NCBI GenBank assembly: GCA_043228905.1
Contig: JBHGNT010000023.1
Span: 434,001 to 498,000, forward strand
Length of the DNA stretch: 64,000 nucleotides
From: Azolla caroliniana
Taxonomy: Eukaryota; Plantae; Polypodiophyta
Reading direction: 5' to 3'
Shown: positions 24,431 to 36,926 of the stretch, piece after piece
How positions within the stretch are numbered: the first letter of the stretch is position 1
How the letters are laid out: each line of letters starts with the position of its first letter
The notes under the pieces: generated by a model
Told to the model about the DNA's origin: nothing
The model's database searches: none
Seen by the model: the letters and a program-made list of their open reading frames with translations, nothing else
Program-made: the position numbers and the translations under genes

Positions 24431-27400
24431 AGTGTTCAAACATGCGAATCGAAGCTAACAACACCAACTATGATATGGAATTAAAAAATCAAGATTTTGA
24501 GACTAAGGTCGAGAGACATGAAGAAATTAGTAAATTAGGGGAGGGAGTTGATAAGAGCGCGTGAGTAAATTAAAATGTTCATACCTGGCTCGTGTGATCC
24601 CGGATTTTTGTGTTCAAAGATGCCAATCGAAGCTAACAATACTAGTTATGATATGGAATTAAAAAATCAAGATTTTGAAACTCAGGTCGAGAGACATGAA
24701 GAAATTAGTAAATTAGGGGAGGGAGTTGAGAAGACCGCGTGAGTAAATTAAAATGTTCATAGCTGGCTCGTGTGATATCGGATTTTTGTGTTGAAACATG
24801 CGAATCGAAGCTAACAACACTTGCTATGATATGGAATTAAAAAATCAAGATTTTGAAACTCAGGTCGAGAGACATGAAGAAATTAGTAAAGTAGGGGAGG
24901 CAGTTGAGAAGAGCGCATGAGTAAATTAAAATGTTCATACCTGGCTCTTGTGATATCGGATTTTAGTGTTCAAAGATGCCAATCGAAGCTAACAACACTA
25001 GCTATGATATGGAATTAAAAAATCAAAATTTCGAAACTTGGGTCGAGAGACATGAAGAAATTAGTAAATTAGGGGAGGGAGTTGAGAAAAGCGCGTGAGT
25101 AAATTAAAATGTTCATAGCTGGCTCGTGTGATATCGGATTTTTGTGTTCAAACATGCGAATCAAAGCTAACAACACTAGCTATGATAAGGAATGAAAAAA
25201 TCAAGATTTTGAAACTCAGGTCGAGAGACATGAAGAAATTAGTAAATTAGAGGAGGGTGTTGACGAGAGCGCGTGAGGAAATTAAAATGTTCATAGCTGG
25301 CTCGTGTGATATCGGATTTTTGTTTTCAGAGATGCGAATCGAAGCTAACAACACTAGCTATGATATGGAATTAAAAAATCAAGATTTTGAAACTCAGGTC
25401 GCGAGACATGAAGAAATTAGTAAATTAGAGGAGGGTGTTGACAAGAGCGCATGAGTAAATTAAAATGTTCATACCTGGCTCTTGTGATATCGGATTTTAG
25501 TGTTCAAAGATGCCAATCGAACCTAGCAACACTAGCTATGATATGGAATTAAAAAATCAAGATTTTGAGACTAAGGTCGAGAGACATGAAGAAATTAGTA
25601 AATTAGGGGAGGGAGTTGAGAAGAGCGCGTGAGTAAATTAAAATGTTCATAGCTGGCTCGTGTGATATCGGATTTTTGTGTTGAAACATGCGAATCGAAG
25701 CTAACAACACTTGCTATGATATGGAATTAAAAAATCAAGATTTTGAAACTCAGGTCGAGAGACATGAAGAAATTAGTAAATTAGGGGAGGGAGTTGAGAA
25801 GAGCGCGTGAGTAAATTAAAATGTTCATAGCTGGCTCGTGTGATATCGGATTTTTGTGTTCAAACATGCGAATCAAAGCTAACAACACTAGCTATGATAA
25901 GGAATGAAAAAATCAAGATTTTGAAACTCAGGTCGAGAGACATGAAGAAATTAGTAAATTAGAGGAGGGTGTTGACGAGAGCGCGTGAGGAAATTAAAAT
26001 GTTCATAGCTGGCTCGTGTGATATCGGATTTTTGTGTTCAGAGATGCCAATCGAAGCTAACAACACTAGCTATGATATGAAATGAAAAAATCAAGATTTT
26101 GAAACTCAGGTCGAAAGCGGGTGAGTAAATTAAAATGTTCATAGCTGGCTCGTGTGATATCGGATTTTTGTGTTCAAACATGCGAATCGAAGCTAACAAC
26201 ACTTGCTATGATATGGAATTAAAAAATCAAGATTTTGAAACTCAGGTCGAGAGACATGAAGAAATTAGTAAAGTAGGGGAGGGAGTTGAGAAGAGCGCGT
26301 GAGTAAATTAAAATGTTCATAGCTGGCTCGTGTGATATCAGATTTTAGTGTTCAAACATGCGAATCGAAGCTAACAACACTAACTATGATATGGAATTAA
26401 AAAATCAAGATTTTGAAACTTGGGTCTAGAGATATCAAGAAATTAGTAAATTACATGAGGGAGTTGAGAAGAGCGCGCGAGTAAATTAAAATGTTCATAG
26501 CTGGCTCGTGTGATATCGGATTTTAGTGTTCAAACATGCGAATCAAAGCTAACAACACTAGCTATGATAAGGAATGAAAAAATCAAGATTTTGAAACTCA
26601 GGTCGAGAGACATGAAGATATTAGTAAATTAGAGGAGGGAGTTGAGAAGAGCGCGTGAGTAAATTAAAATGTTCATAGCTGGCTCGTGTGATCCCGGATT
26701 TTTATGTTCAAAGATGCGAATCGAAGCTAACAACACTACGTATGATATGGAATGAAAAAATCAAGATTTTGAAACTTGGGTCGAGAGACATCAAGAAATT
26801 AGTAAATTACATGAGGGAGTTGAGAAGAGCGCGTGAGTAAATTAAACTGTTCATAGCTGGCTCGTGTGATATCGGATTTTAGTGTTCAAACATATGAATC
26901 GAAGCTAACAACACTAGCTATGATATGGAATTAAAAAATCAAGATTTTGAAACTTGGGTCGAGAGACATCAAGAAATTAGTAAATTACATGACGGAGTTG
27001 AGAAGAGCGCGCGAGTAAATTAAAATGTTCATAGCTGGCTCGTGTGATATCGGATTTTAGTGTTCAAAGATGCCAATCGAAGCTAACAACACTAGCTATG
27101 ATAAGAAATGAAAAAATCAAGATTTTGAAACTCAGGTCGAGAGACATGAAGATATTAGTAAATTAGAGGAGGGAGTTGAGAAGAGCGCGTGAGTAAATTA
27201 AAATGTTCATAGCTGGCTCGTGTGATCCCGGATTTTTATGTTCAAAGATGCGAATCGAAGCTAACAACACTACGTATGATATGGAATGAAAAAATCAAGA
27301 TTTTGAAACTCAGGTCGAGAGACATGAAGATATTAGTAAATTAGAGGAGGGAGTTGAGAAGAGCGCGTGAGTAAATTAAAATGTTCATAGCTGGCTCCTG

Positions 27401-29954
27401 TGATATCGGATTTTTGTGTTCAGAGATGCGAATCGAAGCTAACAACACTAGCTATGATATGGAATTAAAAAATCAAGATTTTGAAACTCAGGTCGAGAGA
27501 CATGAAAAAATTAGTAAATTAGAGGAGGGTGTTGACAAGAGCGCATGAGTAAATTAAAATGTTCATACCTGGCTCTTGTGATATCGGATTTTAGTGTTCA
27601 AAGATGCCAATCGAAGCTAACAACACTAGCTATTATATCGAATTAAAAAATCAAAATTTCGAAACTCAGGTCGAGAGACATGAAGAAATTAGTAAAGTAG
27701 GGGAGGGAGTTGAGAAGAGCGCGTGAGTAAATTAAAATGTTCATAGCTGGCTCGTGTGATATCGGATTTTAGTGTTCAAACATGCGAATCAAAGCTAACA
27801 ACACTAGCTATGATAAGGAATGAAAAAATCAAGATTTTGAAACTTGGGTCGAGAGACATGAAGAAATTAGTAAATTAGAGGAGGGTGTTGACGAGAGCGC
27901 GTGAGTAAATTAAAATGTTCATAGCTGGCTCGTGTGATATCGGATTTTAGTGTTCAAACATGCGAATCGAAGCTAACAACACTAACTATGATATGGAATT
28001 AAAAAATCAATATTTTGAAACTTGGGTCGAGAGATATCAAGAAATTAGTAAATTACATGAGGGAGTTGAGAAGAGCGCGTGAGTAAATTAAACTGTTCAT
28101 AGCTGGCTCGTGTGATATCGGATTTTAGTGTTCAAACATATGAATCGAAGCTAACAACACTAGCTATGATATGGAATTAAAAAATCAAGATTTTGAAACT
28201 TGGGTCGAGAGACATCAAGAAATTAGTAAATTACATGACGGAGTTGAGAAGAGCGCGTGAGTAAATTAAAATGTTCATAGCTGGCTCGTGTGATATCGGA
28301 TTTTAGTGTTCAAAGATGCCAATCGAAGCTAACAACACTAGCTATGATAAGAAATGAAAAAATCAAGATTTTGAAACTCAGGTCGAGAGACATGAAGATA
28401 TTAGTAAATTAGAGGAGGGAGTTGAGAAGAGCGCGTGAGTAAATTAAAATGTTCATAGCTGGCTCGTGTGATCCCGGATTTTTATGTTCAAAGATGCGAA
28501 TCGAAGCTAACAACACTACGTATGATATGGAATGAAAAAATCAAGATTTTGAAACTTGGGTCGAGAGACATCAAGAAATTAGTAAATTACATGAGGGAGT
28601 TGAGAAGAGCGCGTGAGTAAATTAAACTGTTCATAGCTGGCTCGTGTGATATCGGATTTTAGTGTTCAAACATATGAATCGAAGGTAACAGCACTAGCTA
28701 TGATATGGAATTAAAAAATCAAGATTTTGAAACTTGGGTCGAGAGACATCAAGAAATTAGTAAATTACATGACGGAGTTGAGAAGAGCGCGCGAGTAAAT
28801 TAAAATGTTCATAGCTGGCTCGTGTGATATCGGATTTTAGTGTTCAAAGATGCCAATCGAAGCTAACAACACTAGCTATGATAAGAAATGAAAAAATCAA
28901 GATTTTGAAACTCAGGTCGAGAGACATGAAGATATTAGTAAATTAGAGGAGGGAGTTGAGAAGAGCGCGTGAGTAAATTAAAATGTTCATAGCTGGCTCG
29001 TGTGATCCCGGATTTTTATGTTCAAAGATGCGAATCGAAGCTAACAACACTACGTATGATATGGAATGAAAAAATCAAGATTTTGAAACTCAGGTCGAGA
29101 GACATGAAGAAATTGGTAAATTAGAGGAGGGTATTGCAAGAGCGCGTGAGTAAATTAAAATGTTCATAACTGGCTCGTGTGATATCGGATTTTTGTGTTC
29201 AGAGATGCGAATCGAATCTAACAGCACTAGCTATGATATGGAATTAAAAAATCAAGATTTTGAAACACAGGTCGAGAGACATGAAGAAATTAGTAAATTA
29301 GAGGAGGGTGTTGACAAGAGGGCATGAGTAAATTAAAATGTTCATACCTGGCTCTTGTGATATCGGATTTTAGTGTTCAAAGATGCCAATCGAAGCTAAC
29401 AACACTAGCTATGATATGGAATTAAAAAATCAAGATTTCGAAACTTGGGTCGAGAGACATGAAGAAATTAGTAAATTAGGGGAGGGAGTTGAGAAGAGCG
29501 CGTGAGTAAATTAAAATGTTCATAGCTGGCTCGTGTGATATCGGATTTTTGTGTTCAAACATGCGAATCGAAGCTAACAACACTTGCTATGATATGGAAT
29601 CAAAAAATCAAGATTTTGAGACTCAGGTCGAGAGACATGAAGAAATTAGTAAATTAGGGGAGGGAGTTTAGAAGAGCGCTTGAGTAAATTAAAATGTTCA
29701 TAGCTGGCTCGTGTGATATCGGATTTTAGTGTTCAAACATGCGAATCGAAGCTAACAACACTTGCTATGATATGGAATCAAAAAATCAAGATTTTGAGAC
29801 TCAGCTCGAGAGACATGAAGACATTAGTAAATTAGGGGAGGGAGTTGATAAGAGCGCGTGAGTAAATTAAAATGTTAACAATCGAAGCTAACAACACTAG
29901 CTATGATATGGAATTAAAAAATCAAGATTTCGAAACTTGGGTCTAGAGACATGA

Positions 29955-32378
29955 AGAAATTAGTAAATTAGGGGAGGGAGTTTAGAAGAGCGCTTGATTA
30001 AATTAAAATGTTCATAGCTGGCTCGTGTGATATCGGATTTTTGTGTTCAAACATGCGAATCGAAGCTAACAACACTTGCTATGATATGGAATCAAAAAAT
30101 CAAGATTTTGAGACTCAGCTCGAGAGACATGAAGAAATTAGTAAATTAGGGGAGGGAGTTGATAAGAGCGCGTGAGTAAATTAAAATGTTCATACCTGGC
30201 TCGTGTGATACCGGATTTTTGTGTTCAAACATGCGAATCGAAGCTAACAACACTAGCTAGGATATGGAATTAAAAAATCAAGATTTTGAAACTCAGGTCG
30301 AGAGACATGAAGAAATTAGTAAATTAGGGGAGGGAGCTAGGAAGAGCGCGTGAGTAAATTAAAATGTTCATACCTGGCTCGTGTGATCCCGGATTTTTGT
30401 GTTCAAAGATGCGAATCGAAGCTAACAACACTAGCTATGATATGGAATTAAAAAATCAAGATTTTGAAACTTGGGTCGAGAGACATGAAGAAATTAGTAA
30501 AGTAGGGGAGGGAGTTGATAAGAGCGCGTGAGTAAATTAAAATGTTCATAGCTGGCTCGTGTGATATCGGATTTTAGTGTTCAAACATGAGAATCGAAGC
30601 TAATAACACTAGCTATGATATGGAATTAAAAAATCAAGATTTTGAAACTTGGGTCGAGAGACATCAAGAAATTAGTAAATTACATGACGGAGTTGAGAAG
30701 AGCGCGTGAGTAAATTAAAATGTTCATAGCTGGCTCGTGTGATACCGGATTTTTGTGTTCAAAGATGCCAATCGAAGCTAACAACACTAGCTATGATATG
30801 AAATGAAAAAATCAAGATTTTGAAACTCAGGTCGAAAGCGCGTGAGTAAATTAAAATGTTCATAGCTGGCTCGTGTGATATCGGATTTTTGTGTTCAAAC
30901 ATGCGAATCGAAGCTAACAACACTTGCTATGATATGGAATTAAAAAATCAAGATTTTGAAACTCAGGTCGAGAGACATGAAGAAATTAGTAAAGTAGGGG
31001 AGGGAGTTGAGAAGAGCGCGTGAGTAAATTAAAATGTTCATACCTGGCTCGTGTGATATCGGATTTTAGTGTTCAAACATGCGAATCGAAGCTAACAACA
31101 CTAACTATGATATGGAATTAAAAAATCAAGATTTTGAAACTTGGGTCTAGAGATATCAAGAAATTAGTAAATTAGGGGAGGGAGTTTAGAAGAGCGCTTG
31201 ATTAAATTAAAATGTTCATAGCTGGCTCGTGTGATATCGGATTTTTGTGTTCAAACATGCGAATCGAAGCTAACAACACTTGCTATGATATGGAATCGAA
31301 AAATCAAGATTTTGAGACTCAGCTCGAGAGACATGAAGAAATTAGTAAATTAGGGGAGGGAGTTGATAAGAGCGCGTGAGTAAATTAAAATGTTCATACC
31401 TGGCTCGTGTGATACCGGATTTTTGTGTTCAAACATGCGAATCGAAGCTAACAACACTAGCTAGGATATGGAATTAAAAAATCAAGATTTTGAAACTCAG
31501 GTCGAGAGACATGAAGAAATTAGTAAATTAGGGGAGGGAGCTAGGAAGAGCGCGTGAGTAAATTAAAATGTTCATACCTGGCTCGTGTGATCCCGGATTT
31601 TTGTGTTCAAAGATGCGAATCGAAGCTAACAACACTAGCTATGATATGGAATTAAAAAATCAAGATTTTGAAACTTGGGTCGAGAGACATGAAGAAATTA
31701 GTAAAGTAGGGGAGGGAGTTGATAAGAGCGCGTGAGTAAATTAAAATGTTCATAGCTGGCTCGTGTGATATCGGATTTTAGTGTTCAAACATGAGAATCG
31801 AAGCTAATAACACTAGCTATGATATGGAATTAAAAAATCAAGATTTTGAAACTTGGGTCGAGAGACATCAAGAAATTAGTAAATTACATGACGGAGTTGA
31901 GAAGAGCGCGTGAGTAAATTAAAATGTTCATAGCTGGCTCGTGTGATACCGGATTTTTGTGTTCAAAGATGCCAATCGAAGCTAACAACACTAGCTATGA
32001 TATGAAATGAAAAAATCAAGATTTTGAAACTCAGGTCGAAAGCGCGTGAGTAAATTAAAATGTTCATAGCTGGCTCGTGTGATATCGGATTTTTGTGTTC
32101 AAACATGCGAATCGAAGCTAACAACACTTGCTATGATATGGAATTAAAAAATCAAGATTTTGAAACTCAGGTCGAGAGACATGAAGAAATTAGTAAAGTA
32201 GGGGAGGGAGTTGAGAAGAGCGCGTGAGTAAATTAAAATGTTCATACCTGGCTCGTGTGATATCGGATTTTAGTGTTCAAACATGCGAATCGAAGCTAAC
32301 AACACTAACTATGATATGGAATTAAAAAATCAAGATTTTGAAACTTGGGTCTAGAGATATCAAGAAATTAGTAAATTA
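29955..32378 (+). repeat. Tandem 7-mer duplication (1204 bp = 7x178-42) containing a 136-bp deleted monomer
   Basis: CGCTTGATTAAA, GAGCTAGGAAG, CATGAGAATC and GTCGAAAGCG each repeat at 1204 bp. Confidence 0.85.
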
Positions 32379-35300
32379 CATGAGGGAGTTGAGAAGAGCG
32401 CGTGAGTAAATTAAAATGTTCATAGCTGGCTCGTGTGATATCGGATTTTAGTGTTCAAACATGCGAATCAAAGCTAACAACACTAGCTATGATAAGGAAT
32501 GAAAAAATCAAGATTTTGAAACTCAGGTCGAGAGACATGAAGATATTAGTAAATTAGAGGAGGGAGTTGAGAAGAGCGCGTGAGTAAATTAAAATGTTCA
32601 TAGCTGGCTCGTGTGATCCCGGATTTTTATGTTCAAAGATGCGAATCGAAGCTAACAACACTACGTATGATATGGAATTAAAAAATCAAGATTTTCAAAC
32701 TCAGGTCGAGAGACATGAAGAAATTAGTAAATTAGAGGAGGGTGTTGACAAGAGCGCATGAGTAAATTAAAATGTTCATACCTGGCTCGTGTGATCCCGG
32801 ATTTTAGTGTTCAAAGATGCGAATCGAAGCTAACAACACTAGCTATGATATGGAATTAAAAAATCAAGATTTCGAAACTTGGGTCGAGAGACATGAAGAA
32901 ATTAGTAAATTAGGGGAGGGAGTTTAGAAGAGCGCTTGAGTAAATTAAAATGTTCATAGCTGGCTCGTGTGATATCGGATTTTTGTGTTCAAACATGCGA
33001 ATCGAAGCTAACAACACTAGCTATGATAAGGAATGAAAAATCAAGATTTTGAAACTCAGGTCGTGAGACATGAAGATATTAGTAAATTAGAGGAGGGAGT
33101 TGAGAAGAGCGCGTGAGTAAATTAAAATGTTCATAGCTGGCTCGTGTGATCCCGGATTTTTATGTTCAAAGATGCGAATCGAAGCTAACAACACTACGTA
33201 GGATATGGAATGAAAAAATCAAGATTTTGAAACTCAGGTCGAGAGACATGAAGAAATTGGTAAATTAGAGGAGGGTATTGCAAGAGCGCGTGAGTAAATT
33301 AAAATGTTCATAGCTGGCTCGTGTGATATTGGATTTTTGTGTTCAGAGATGCGAATCGAAGCTAACAACACTAGCTATGATATGGAATTAAAAAATCAAG
33401 ATTTCGAAACTTGGGTCGAGAGACATGAAGAAATTAGTAAATTAGGGGAGGGAGTTTAGAAGAGCGCTTGAGTAAATTAAAATGTTCATAGCTGGCTCGT
33501 GTGATATCGGATTTTTGTGTTCAAACATGCGAATCGAAGCTAACAACACTAGCTATGATAAGGAATGAAAAATCAAGATTTTGAAACTCAGGTCGTGAGA
33601 CATGAAGATATTAGTAAATTAGAGGAGGGAGTTGAGAAGAGCGCGTGAGTAAATTAAAATGTTCATAGCTGGCTCGTGTGATCCCGGATTTTTATGTTCA
33701 AAGATGCGAATCGAAGCTAACAACACTACGTATGATATGGAATGAAAAAATCAAGATTTTGAAACTCAGGTCGAGAGACATGAAGAAATTGGTAAATTAG
33801 AGGAGGGTATTGCAAGAGCGCGTGAGTAAATTAAAATGTTCATAGCTGGCTCGTGTGATATCGGATTTTTGTGTTCAGAGATGCGAATCGAAGCTAACAA
33901 CACTAGCTATGATATGGAATTAAAAAATCAAGATTTTGAAACTCAGGTCGAGAGACATGAAGAAATTAGTAAATTAGAGGAGGGTGTTGACAAGAGCGCA
34001 TGAGTAAATTAAAATGTTCATGCCTGGCTCTTGTGATATCGGATTTTAGTGTTCAGAGATGCCAATCGAAGCTAACAACACTAGCTATGATATGGAATTA
34101 AAAAATCAAGATTTCGAAACTTGGGTCGAGAGACATGAAGAAATTAGTAAATTACATGAGGGAGTTGATAAGAGCGCGTGAGTAAATTAAAATGTTCATA
34201 GCTGGCTCGTGTGATATCGGATTTTAGTGTTCAAAGATGCGAATCGAAGCTAACAACACTAGCTATGATAAGGAATGAAAAAATCAAGATTTTGAAACTC
34301 AGGTCGAGAGACATGAAGATATTAGTAAATTAGAGGAGGGAGTTGAGAAGAGCGCGTGAGTAAATTAAAATGTTCATAGCTGGCTCGTGTGATCCCGGAT
34401 TTTTATGTTCAAACATGCGAATCGAAGCTAACAACACTAGCTATGATATGGAATTAAAAAATCAAGATTTTGAAACTCAGGTCGAGAGAGATGAAGAAAT
34501 TAGTAAATTAGAGGAGGGTATTGCAAGAGCGCGTGAGTAAATTAAAATGTTCAAAGCTGGCTCGTGTGATATCGGATTTTTGTGTTCAAAGATGCCAATC
34601 GAAGCTAAGAACACTAGCTATGATATGGAATTAAAAAATCAAGATTTTGAAACTCAGATCGAGAGACATGAAGAAATTAGTAAATTAGAGGAGGGTGTTG
34701 ACAAGAGCGCATGAGTAAATTAAAATGTTCATACCTGGCTCTTGTGATATCGGATTTTTGTGTTCAAAGATACCAATCGAAGCTAACAACACTAGCTATG
34801 ATATGGAATTAAAAAATCAAGATTTTGAAACTCAGGTCGAGAGACATGAAGAAATTAGTAAATTAGAGGAGGGTGTTGACAAGAGCGCATGAGTAAATTA
34901 AAATGTTCATACCTGGCTCTTGTGATATCGGATTTTAGTGTTCAGAGATGCCAATCGAAGCTAACAACACTAGCTATGATATGGAATTAAAAAATCAAGA
35001 TTTCGAAACTTGGGTCGAGAGACATGAAGAAATTAGTAAATTACATGAGGGAGTTGAGAAGAGCGCGTGAGTAAATTAAAATGTTCATAGCTGGCTCGTG
35101 TGATATCGGATTTTAGTCTTCAAACATGCGAATCAAAGCTAACAACACTAGCTATGATAAGGAATGAAAAAATCAAGATTTTGAAACTCAGGTCGAGAGA
35201 CATGAAGAAATTAGTAAATTAGAGGAGGGTGTTGACAAGAGCGCATGAGTAAATTAAAATGTTCATACCTGGCTCTTGTGATATCGAATTTTAGTGTTCA

Positions 35301-36902
35301 AAGATGCCAATCGAAGCTAACAACACTACCTATGATATGGAATTAAAAAATCAAGATTTCGAAACTTGGGTCGAGAGACATGAAGAAATTAGTAAATTAG
35401 GGGAGGGAGTTTAGAAGAGCGCTTGAGTAAATTAAAATGTTCATAGCTGGCTCGTGTGATATCGGATTTTTATGTTCAAACATGCGAATCGAAGCTAACA
35501 ACACTAGCTATGATAAGGAATGAAAAAATCAAGATTTTGAAATGCAGGTCGTGAGACATGAAGATATTAGTAAATTAGAGGAGGGAGTTGAGAAGAGCGC
35601 GTGAGTAAATTAAAATGTTCATAGCTGGCTCGTGTGATCCCGGATTTTTATGTTCAAAGATGCGAACGGAAGCTAACAACACTACGTATGATATGGAATG
35701 AAAAAATCGAGATTTTGAAACTCAGGTCGAGAGACATCAAGAAATTGGTAAATTACATGAGGGAGTTGAGAAGAGCGCGTGAGTAAATTAAAATGTTCAT
35801 AGCTGGCTCGTGTGATATCGGATTTTTGTGTTCAGAGATGCGAATCGAAGCTAACAACACTAGCTATGATATGGAATTAAAAAATCAAGATTTTGAAACT
35901 CAGGTCGAGAGACATGAAGAAATTAGTAAATTAGAGGAGGGTGTTGACAAGAGCGCATGAGTAAATTAAAATGTTCATACCTGGCTCTTGTGATATCGGA
36001 TTTTAGTGTTCAGAGATGCCAATCGAAGCTAACAACACTAGCTATGATATGGAATTAAAAAATCAAGATTTCGAAACTTGGGTCGAGAGACATGAAGAAA
36101 TTAGTAAATTACATGAGGGAGTTGATAAGAGCGCGTGAGTAAATTAAAATGGTCATAGCTGGCTCTTGTGATATCGGATTTTAGTGTTCAAAGATGCCAA
36201 TCGAAGCTAACAACACTAGCTATGATATGGAATTAAAAAATCAAGATTTCGAAACTTGGGTCTAGAGACATGAAGAAATTAGTAAATTAGGGGAGGGAGT
36301 TGATAAGAGCGCGTGAGTAAATTAAAATGTTAACAATCGAAGCTAACAACACTAGCTATGATAAGGAATGAAAAAATCAAGATTTTGAAACGCAGGTCGT
36401 GAGACATGAAGATATTAGTAAATTAGAGGAGGGAGTTGAGAAGAGCGCGTGAGTAAATTAAAATGTTCATAGCTGGCTCGTGTGATCCCGGATTTTTATG
36501 TTCAAAGATGCGAATCGAAGCTAACAACACTACGTATGATATGGAATGAAAAAATCGAGATTTTGAAACTCAGGTCGAGAGACATCAAGAAATTGGTAAA
36601 TTACATGAGGGAGTTGAGAAGAGCGCGTGAGTAAATTAAAATGTTCATAGCTGGCTCGTGTGATATCGGATTTTTGTGTTCAGAGATGCGAATCGAAGCT
36701 AACAACACTAGCTATGATATGGAATGAAAAAATCAAGATTTTGAAACTCAGGTCGAGAGACATGAAGATATTAGTAAATTAGAGGAGGGAGTTGAGAAGA
36801 GCGCGTGAGTAAATTAAAATGTTCATAGCTGGTTCGTGCGATATCGGATTTTAGTGTTCAAACATGCGAATCGAAGCTAACAACACTAACTATGATATGG
36901 AA

Positions 36903-36926
36903 GGGTTTAGGGTTTAGGGTTTAGGG
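36903..36926 (+). repeat. Interstitial telomeric tract type B, GGG(TTTAGGG)3, copy 1 (179-bp monomer)
   Basis: Reads ATATGGAA-GGGTTTAGGGTTTAGGGTTTAGGG-TTGGGTCGAG. The native 23 nt TTAAAAAATCAAGATTTTGAAAC is replaced by 24 nt of telomeric sequence. Confidence 0.97.

Noticed and set aside
2864-25454. Six near-identical 65-aa ORFs (2864, 4633, 6936, 8538, 10841, 25257)
   Set aside because: They are translations of the satellite. A T>G variant (GAGTAAATT to GAGGAAATT) removes a stop codon, and their spacing equals the HOR periods. There is no gene context or recognisable domain.
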